DNA of 64,000 nt from Macrostomum lignano (lineage: Eukaryota). Both the position numbers and the translations under genes were made by a program. Below, piece after piece: positions 55,702 to 64,000 of the stretch. The notes under the pieces are model-generated. The model was not told the DNA's origin. It was given only the letters and a program-made list of their open reading frames with translations, and searched no databases. The first letter of the stretch is position 1; the number at the start of each line of letters is the position of its first letter. Location: the NCBI GenBank assembly GCA_002269645.1, contig NIVC01000673.1:1-64000 (forward strand). Direction: 5' to 3'.

Positions 55702-57636
55702 AATCTTTAACAATTGACTTTGGAGAAACTTTTTATTTGAAAATTTGCTAATTTATAGACTTAGAATAAATAGTGGAATGGGCTTATTCCAGGTTTGTCA
55801 TAATGTGCTAGCCAGGTTAGTTAGCAATTGCACATTTATTCTAAAAATATAACATTAAGAATTATATTTCTAGACCTTAGTTTTGATGACTTAAATTATA
55901 AGATGCAAAGTTGGCATGGGGGTTGTATTATTGTATATTGTGTTGGTTTTTGCCATCTTGAATTTAATGGCTCTCCTCTTTTTGCCTACTGAGGGTTTTT
56001 ATACCATTTCATAAGAGCTCATTCATAGGACTGCAGTCCTATTCTTGCTAACCTTATTCAATTTTAAAGCTAACAAGTTGCTAGGTAATCAATATTCTAT
56101 AGCCTGAATAGAAACACACTAGGGTTAATTGCAAGTATAGTGCTATTTGCAAAAGAACAAAAGTATAACAATGGAGCATCTAAGACTTGCTAATTTGAAT
56201 ACCATATGATATAAGAAGTGACAAGACTTATATTGTTATTATTTAGAATGAATATATCATATGCAAGTATAAACATTTCTAGACATATCATTGTTAATGA
56301 GAGTTATATGTGATAGGAGCTGGGCTTTTTGTCAAAATTGTTATGCCATTTGGTATAATGGCATCAAAATTGTTATGCTATTTTTAATTTAAATATGCCA
56401 TTAGCATAAAATATAAAATGATAAAATGCAACTTGCTATTGATTATAAAGTGCAAGTTGTAAGTCATGCAATTGTCATAACAAACAAGGTAATATTTGGA
56501 CAAATTTAAAAGCAAAAATTAAGTTTGGAATTGGAGATTCAGCATTGACAATTTGGCAATGGCATAATGGCAAAAAATGTTATACCATTTTGGCATAATA
56601 GCATCAAATCATTATGATCATTTTGTAATCATGATCATAATCAGCAAAAATCTCCATTATTATTAAAGATTGAATCATTTTTAATTTTGACATGTTATGG
56701 CATGCCTATGACACCTATAGCTGGGAAGGTGGCAGTTTTTGGTGAATTTTCCGGCACAAATTGGCCCTTTTAAGTTTTATTGGCACACACGGCGCACACG
56801 GCGTACAAGGAAAAATTGGAAATGCTCTGGCGGCGCACATGGCGCATGGCGCTGAAAAAATATATAGTTACACTTTGTTATACTTTGCAAAATATATAGC
56901 GTCAGGCCTAATTAATTCCATAATTCATAAAATAAAATAATATAATTATGTAAATTATATAAATTATGTAAATCACAATATAAAATACATAAATGAAATT
57001 CAAATTTGTCTACCGTAAATTCCTTACGGTAGAATAAATACCTTACCTTACCTTACATTAGACTTACCTTATCATGGTGCGCTGCGGCGCACAAAATCTT
57101 TTCTTCATGGCGCATAGTGCACAGTGCTCAAAAGCTATCAAAATAGTTCCAGCGCACACTGTGCCATCTTCCCGACTATGGTATGACACAAAAAACCTAG
57201 GATAATAGCACTTAAAGCCTATAAGCATATAATAATTATTCCTTGTTTTCTGGCCAAATAGCAATTAGGAATATCTGGTTATTAGATACCTTGGATTTAG
57301 AGCTAAAGAGGTAGGGGCCTAATTGCTATATAAAATCAAAGAAATAGGCCTCGGATTATATGTAGGCAAATTCAGGCCCCAATCTAATTAACACACATAA
57401 CAAACAATTTCAATTTGTTGAAATAAGTCTAGGCCCTACGCCCTAATTCTTGTAATTGATAAGTAAGCCTATGCTTAAAGAAAAAGTAGGCCCAAGAATT
57501 CAAACTTTGACTATGTCTTAGCTATCAGGAAATAATATATAGGCTTAAACTGACTAATTAATGTACAAAATATATGATAGCACCAGCAGTGCATAGTGCC
57601 AGTAATAGTACTAGTAGTAGTAGTAGTAGCACAAGA

Positions 57637-57942
57637 GGTAATGGCTAGAGTTCTGGCACCAGAACCCGTTTTCTAATGGCTATGGATCCGGCAGTCTTCT
57701 GCAGGCAGTTATCTAATCTATAATGAAGTCTTTGATTTGAACATTAGAAGTATCTTGTCTTGAATCTCATCGTTTCGTTTCGATCTTATCTTGAACAAAA
57801 TATTAATATCAACCACCCGTTAAAAAGTAAAATGTTTCTGCTATATTATACCCATAAATTGCACTACTGGAATACCACTGCTGAATCCATAGCCGTTAGA
57901 AAACGGGTTCCGGTGCCGGAACTCTAGACCCTAGCCATTGCC
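57637..57942. mobile_element. ~300 bp element with ~50-60 bp imperfect terminal inverted repeats (MITE-like)
   Basis: TAGAGTTCTGGCACCAGAACCCGTTTTCTAATGGCTATGGATCCGGCAGT (57646) is the reverse complement, with a few mismatches, of ACTGCTGAATCCATAGCCGTTAGAAAACGGGTTCCGGTGCCGGAACTCTA (ends 57926); no TSD identified. Confidence 0.7.
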
Positions 57943-59394
57943 TGTGCCCTGCATAAGAACACTAGCTAGTAAGCTAGGCTACATTTTGATTTTTAGGTCT
58001 ATATTTTGGCTGTGTGGGAAGATTACAAGTGATACAGTAGGTAGCAGTAATATTAAATGTCTTATTTCTAGACATTTGTTGAAGCGCTATAATGCTGCAC
58101 TGTAACTGTAACGATAACATTGAACTAAGCTTAAAATTAGTGGACTTAAAAACGTCCATGATTTCATGGAAATTGGTTTCAAATATTTTCATGATATAAA
58201 CTAAATTTCTAGCGATGAATATATATTGCTCGAGCACCAATAAAAACATATCCTTTTATTTTTTTAAAAATAATATATTCGAAGTAGGCTATGCGGCATA
58301 ATTATACTCAAGTAGGACAGGAAACAAATTTCTTGGGATTTTTTGGAGGCAGGTTTTACCGAAAAAATACATCACGGAGATAGGAGCTAGGTCATCATTT
58401 TTTCTGTTCAAAAATTGTTTTGCTTTTGAGACCAGAGGCAGACCCAATATTCATCTTTGATATATGTCCTTACCAGAGCGTCCCTCTCCCTCTCCCTCTC
58501 CCTTTCTCTAATTCTCTACTCTTACAAGTGTAATCTCTTCCTCGCCCCCCCGGGGGGGGCAGCTTAGGGGCCACGTCGAAAAGCTATATGGGGGGAATAT
58601 GCCAATGCTTTGCCCCACCTACCCATTGTGGAAATCAATGATTTATTTTAGAGCTGTAAAATATAGCACCTGCGCGCATGAGCCACCCAAAATGAATGGC
58701 CGCGCGGCGCTAATAAAATTTGAGTGCCTGCGGCGCCAAAATGAGTGACTCCGAAGCCAAATGAGCGCTGGGCAGCACCGATTCGCAAAATAGTGTAAAT
58801 GTGTAGGAAATCTCTTCTGTCAGACAATACACAGGCACAGCCACCAATTCTACTTCTCCACCTTTTTGAGTGGCTAAACAAACACTCGCAAAACACTTGC
58901 CGGATAGTTGCTCGCTACACTCACCAAAAATTCATGACGACGCCCCTGGTCTTTGCCTTTTTATATAAAATTATAAGCTCTATTGATATCTCTACATATA
59001 AAAATCAAAACTCTGTCTGTCTGTGTGTGGACAATTTTGATCGCTATGGACTCCCAAACCGCTCAACCAAATGACACCAAACTTTACACCCACCCTAAAC
59101 TTACTACGGAGAATGTCTTAGGCTACCTTTTAATTTCCTAGACTCAAGTCTTCCTACCTAAAAGTACAAAAAACTGCTCAAAATGCGCGATTTTTTCACT
59201 AAATCCTCCATAGCGCCGCTTCACTTCTACCGATTCTCTTCAGATTTGACACAGGCAATTTTCAACTATTTTGACACAATCGTGTAAAATTTCAAATCTC
59301 AAAGTTAATCCTGAAAGCCGCTGTGCACTTTTAAAGTTAGGCTGTTTTTTTCAGCGTAGCAACCACCCCAACCTCCGCCCGCCTGCCTCTCTTT

Positions 59395-60334
59395 TAGGGA
59401 TTCCAATCCCGGGATCCCGGGATCCCGGGATCCCGGGATTGGGGCCAAAAATCCGGGATTTGAATCCCGGGATTTTTTTGGGAATCGAATCCCGGGATTT
59501 TTAATCCCGGGATTGCAAAAGACCGGGATCGGGATCCCGGGATTTCAAGGCCTTAATCCCGGGATTGGTCCGGGATTAGAACGACCTTTCAATGCCTAAA
59601 TTAAATAATTTAAAGTCTAAACGTTTATTTGAATAATAAAACATTTATTTGTTTTTGCTGTTTCTCAATGAAACGTTAAACATTTGCAAAGCTCCTGTCC
59701 TAATTGAGCTAAAAATTGTTAATGTGAACTGTAAATGATAGATAATTTTAACTTTTTTTCGTTTTCTACCACGAGACGAGACTGAGGGCCTTTTCATATT
59801 GCTTTCTCTGGTTCCAGAACAAGAACCAATTTGTGAAGTATAAACTTTTTGTCTCCATAACTAGAGGGAGATACGTGCTATAAAGTTTTTATTATTGAAT
59901 GACAGTCGCCAAGAAGAAAGTGAAAAATCGTGCAAAGTGAGGCTGTTAAGGCAGTCAAATATTAACAGAGTTTAATAGTTATACTGCTGTTTTTCTTCGA
60001 ATTCCGAACCGATTCTGGTTCTGGAATTGGTAATATGAAAAGGCCCTGAGACTCTGAGAGTCGCGAGACCATGACTACTGCACGCGGCACGCCGCACAGT
60101 CCGTCTAGCAATTTAGGGATTCCAATCCCGGGATCCCGGGATCCCGGGATTGGGGCCAAAAATCCGGGATTTGAATCCCGGGATTTTTTTGGGAATCGAA
60201 TCCCGGGATTTTTAATCCCGGGATTGCAAAAGCACCGGGATTCCGGGATTTTGAATCCCGGGATTTCAACAGCATCGGGATTTCGGGACTATTCAATCCC
60301 GGGATTGTAAAATGTCGGGATTTTGGAATCCCTA
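59395..60334. mobile_element. Non-autonomous hAT-like element, 940 bp, with internal duplicate of its left end
   Basis: 12 bp TIR TAGGGATTCCAA/TTGGAATCCCTA, perfect 8 bp TSD CTCTCTTT (59387-59394 and 60335-60342), subterminal ATCCCGGGAT repeats. Confidence 0.88.
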
Positions 60335-61066
60335 CTCTCTTTCCGATACCGATCTGGGCCCAGATGTGTAAAAGGGTTTCAAAATTGACTAACTTTCAGC
60401 TGCCATAAGTTTTCTCCACGTAAATTGATTGACTTCAAACTTGACACAATTCTTCATTGACTCATTCTCTATCTAAATGTAAAGTTTCAACTCTGTAACT
60501 CAACCGAAAAAGAAACTGTAAGCATGTGAAGTTTGTCTGCTTTTTCTGTTGTTTGTGCCACTCACTCACTCATTCCCCCAGAGCCAGACGAAGGGTCAGG
60601 CGATAGGACTGAATGTACATAGCAAATTTATGTACATAAAGTTTTGGAATAACTTTATTTATAACCTTCTCTGCACCCCGAGAGTGGAGAGGCTACGTTT
60701 AGCCATAACAGTTTAGTGAGAAATTCTAACCACTGACCTCCCCTCTGTATTGGCAAACTCTGCAGAGTTTAACACTGGATGGCAATTGGCAAATCGAGGG
60801 AATCCAGCATGGTTTGTAAGAGCGAAATATTTATGAAAAGGCGATGCGATGCAATGCAATACAACCCTAGGCACACCATGGAAATTTTAGGTTTCTTTTA
60901 AAGGTACTGTGTAAATTTTAAATGGCCTCCTAAGAAATGCGTATTTCCTTGGTTGTTAGACTGATACAGACTGCAGTGGAGCTGAAGATACACAAATTCC
61001 TTTCAGGGCTGCAAATTGGCAAGAAAGATGACGTGATCAAAGCATGAGAATAACGATGAGAGTAGT

Positions 61067-61440
61067 TTTTTTTTATTAAAGGCAGGGGGGTTGTGTGCAC
61101 CCTGGCGCACTTTAAGCGACATAGGCACACAACCGGCGAGAGGCATTACTGCCCATTCCGCCGACTCCCCTGAGCAGGCATACAAGCGCGCAGATACGTA
61201 CGCAGGCACACACTCACACAGGAGTGTACAGCGGCCCTACTTTATTTTATCGTTAGGCATGTACACTTCACTGCGCCTTGGGGGTTGGCTCTCAAGGCCG
61301 TTAATTGCACGAGCAGAGCCAAGCCGAGATTCCAATTCGGCCCCAAATTAATGTGACTGCACTTGGAATCGAGCCTGGGTCGCTGGCACACCAGAGCCTG
61401 CGCTAGACCGCTGGGCTACGCCCCCCCCCCCCCCCCCCCC
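61067..61440 (-). mobile_element. tRNA-derived SINE, copy 3, full length, 13 bp TSD
   Basis: A box TAGCCCAGCGG, B box GGCTCGATTCC, poly-A tail (T run 61066-61074 on +), TSD CGATGAGAGTAGT at 61054-61066 and 61441-61453. Confidence 0.92.
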
Positions 61441-61539
61441 CGATGAGAGTAGTACGTCCCACAAACTTGCTTTCGAAGCAGGGATCGGCAGACTTTTACT
61501 TCAAAAGCCAGATAAAGAATCCAGCTTATGTGCGGACCA

Positions 61540-62620
61540 GATGAGAGTGGAAAAGAAAAGGAATAGACTATTAGAAGAGAGGAGAGGCGAGAGGGGGATA
61601 AGAGAAAACATGGAAGATAAGAAGATAAGAAGATAAGTGGTGAGCAGAGAGCAGAGAAGAAGGGAGGAAGAAGCGAGAGGAGGGGAGAAAGGAGGGAGAG
61701 GAAAGAGTAAAGGTGAGAAGAGGGGAGAGATGAGACGGAGGATCGATGAGAGGAGAGTAGAGAAGAGTGAGAAGAGAGTAGAGATGAGAGAGCAGAAAGA
61801 AGATGACAGAGGGTCAAGAGGAGAGGAGAGAGTAGAAAGGATAGAGAAGAGAGGAGATAAGAGGGGGAGAGAGGAGTGAGAAGAGAAGAGATAGAGATCT
61901 GAGAGGGGTGTAAGAAGAGGGGAGAAAGGAGAGATGAGATTGTAGAGATGAGACAAATGAAAGGAGAGATGAGAGAGTAAAGATGAGAGATGAAAAAGGT
62001 GAGAGGAGAGTGCAGAGAGACGAGAGAAGATAATAGAGGAGAGAGAGTATAGAAGAGGGAAGAGAAAAGAAAAGAGGAGTAAGGAAAGAGAAAGAGGAAA
62101 GAGGTGAGAGAAGAGACGAGAGAAGAGGGGAGAGAGGAGAGAGAGAGGAAAGAGTAGAGAGGAGAGAGGAGAGAGTTAAGAGAAGAGAGAAAAGAATAGA
62201 GAGGAGAAGGAAGAGACGAGAGAAGAGGGGGAGAGAGGAGAGAGAGGAGAAGAGAGAAAACGAAAAAGTAGAGAGGAGAGAGGAGAGGAGAGAGAAAAGA
62301 AAAGGGAAGAGATGAGATAAGAGATATGAAAGAGAAGAGAGATGAGGGAAGATACGAAAGAAGATAGGAGAGAGGAGAGGAGAGAGAAAACGAAAGAGTA
62401 GAGAGGAGAGAGGAGAGGAGAGAGAAAACGAAAAGTAGAGAGGAGACAGGAGAGAGGAGAGAAGAGAGAAAACGAAAAGTAGAGAGGAGAGAGAGAGGAA
62501 AGAGTAGGGAGAAGAGACAAGAGATAAGAGAGATGAGGGAAGATATGAGAGAAGAGAGGAGAGAGGAGAGAAGAGAGAGGAGAGACGAGGGATGAGAGAG
62601 AAGAAAGGAAACAGAAGAGA
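61540..62620. repeat. GA-rich low-complexity tract
   Basis: Near-pure purine strand with loose GAGAGGA/GAGAAGA units. Confidence 0.95.
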
Positions 62621-63039
62621 CGATAGAAATTTTAAAGGATCCAAGGGACATAGGGAGAGTCGGGGAGAGGCCAGAGTTTGCCAATACATGTTTTAGAGTC
62701 AGACAGACATTGCCTGACATTCTGTGCAGTACCCCAGCCAACAATATCAATGTTTGCCTCAAATCCTAATTTTGCACGAATGTGTCCATTTTATGTCTAC
62801 CTCTATCCTACTAACTATTAACAAGTTTTTGTTTGTGTATGACCTTAGATTTCAGAATACATGCAAAAGTATAGTTCCGGGGGATTGAAATTCCCCGGGT
62901 TCAAAATCCGCGGGTTTCAACAGCTTGTTCATATATAGAGCTTTTATTTTTGATCGTTTAGAAAATTTGTATTGACGTCTACTATCTGGGTTGATTTTAT
63001 ATCCTACGTACACTGGTACATGGGGGGGGCATCACAAAC

Positions 63040-63260
63040 CCAAAAAATCACAACTCCGAAAAGCGCTTTCCATCATAAACCCGAAATATCATAAACCCGA
63101 AATATCACAAACCCGAAAAATCATAACTCCGAAATTGATAGCAACACACATCATAAACCCGAATATCATAAACCCGAAATATCATATCTCCGAAAACAAA
63201 AATAGCATTGCCCATCATAAACCCGAAGTATCACAAACCCGAAATATCATAACTCCGAAA
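63040..63260. repeat. Degenerate ~19-20 bp repeat (CATCATAAACCCGAAATAT)
   Basis: About 10 imperfect units. Confidence 0.8.
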
Positions 63261-63483
63261 GTTCTAGCAATGTCCAAACACTAGTTTGGTTTTCGTGTTC
63301 TCTCACGAGACGTCGTCTTAGATTTTTGAGCGCCAAAAAAGTCCCAACGGCAAACTCATAAATTACGAATATAGAGAAATGCAGCGCTACCGAACTAATA
63401 ATTTCCATCTATATTTTTATTAAACTGGTGAAGAAACTACATGTAAAATTGTAGTTAGCCTTAGTAGACGTCCAAACTAATAG

Positions 63484-63734
63484 CTAGATTTTCATCTTGT
63501 AAACGGACATAAAACCGTCGCCTCCGCACGGCTCCGCCGTCTGGTCCTCCTCGCCCGGGCACCGGTTGTCGCAGTCATATTCAGTGCCTTGCCCAATCAG
63601 TCCGAAGTTGTTGCTGCAAAAGCATTGCAGTATCTTTTTGTCGGCGGGATCGGTTCGAATAGCAAAATATTTCGTGGCGAATATTGTACACTTGGAGCTG
63701 CACTTGTCTTTGTTCATCCTGCGGCCATCTCCGC
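63484..63734 (-). CDS. Terminal exon of a WSC-domain (carbohydrate-binding) protein; 5' exons not identified
   Basis: MNKDKCSSKC..KYFA..QCFCSN..CDNRCPG..PCGG..MSVY matches the WSC cysteine pattern; acceptor AATTTCAG| at 63735. Confidence 0.8.
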
Positions 63735-64000
63735 CTGAAATTGGCGTAATAGAATATTTAGGCCTCAGTTTATCAAACCATGCAATGTTGAAATGAATTC
63801 AGTAGTTCACAATCAAACGCTTAACAAGTTTATTCAGGAACTTTCCAAGATCTTGCCTTACAACAATCAAACATGCCAGAATACTGTCAATTCAATGTTA
63901 AAAAAATGCATGCACCAAATTTTCCATTCCAGTAAGTCCGGAGACGGAAAACACTTTTTACCTCAAGGGCCACGCGGAGAACCTAGCGCATGACTGCGGC

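Noticed and set aside
56718-57178. Imperfect 18 bp inverted pair (ATAGCTGGGAAGGTGGCA) around GGCGCAC repeats
   Set aside because: Only 15/18 identity and no TSD; may be an old element but not supportable.
61416-62762. 448 aa Leu/Ser/Phe 'multi-TM' ORF
   Set aside because: Complement of a GA-rich low-complexity tract, which automatically encodes L/S/F/P without stops.

Overview
Eukaryotic (invertebrate) genomic DNA, not prokaryotic: spliced genes, Gln/His-run exons, a Pol III tRNA gene, SINEs and MITEs. Roughly a third of the window (about 23 kb by my manual sum) is more than 20 unrelated mini/microsatellite arrays. The style (USP gene, lectins, very short intron, minisatellite-filled introns) suggests a free-living flatworm such as Macrostomum, but that is inference. 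Supported genes: SUEL-lectin/CUB protein (-, frameshifted), universal stress protein (-), tRNA-Leu(TAG) (+), orphan single-pass membrane protein (+, 2 exons), caspase-family protein (+), PAN-like/C-type lectin (-), NPY/NPF-type GPCR (-, 3 exons), WDR46/Utp7 (-, 2 exons) and the last exon of a WSC-domain gene (-). All ORFs over 280 aa other than the caspase, WDR46 exon 2 and the two GPCR exon ORFs (extended by read-through into repeats) are satellite artefacts. Most interesting: (1) the caspase appears to carry a second, catalytically dead caspase-like fold in tandem; (2) 26-42 bp TIR-only elements with 7-8 bp target-site duplications; (3) a tRNA-derived SINE family, 3 copies, two with TSDs; (4) a composite hAT-like element; (5) a satellite whose monomer also occurs dispersed 38 kb away; (6) four frameshifts that are each repaired by one base in a short homopolymer, most likely long-read assembly errors.
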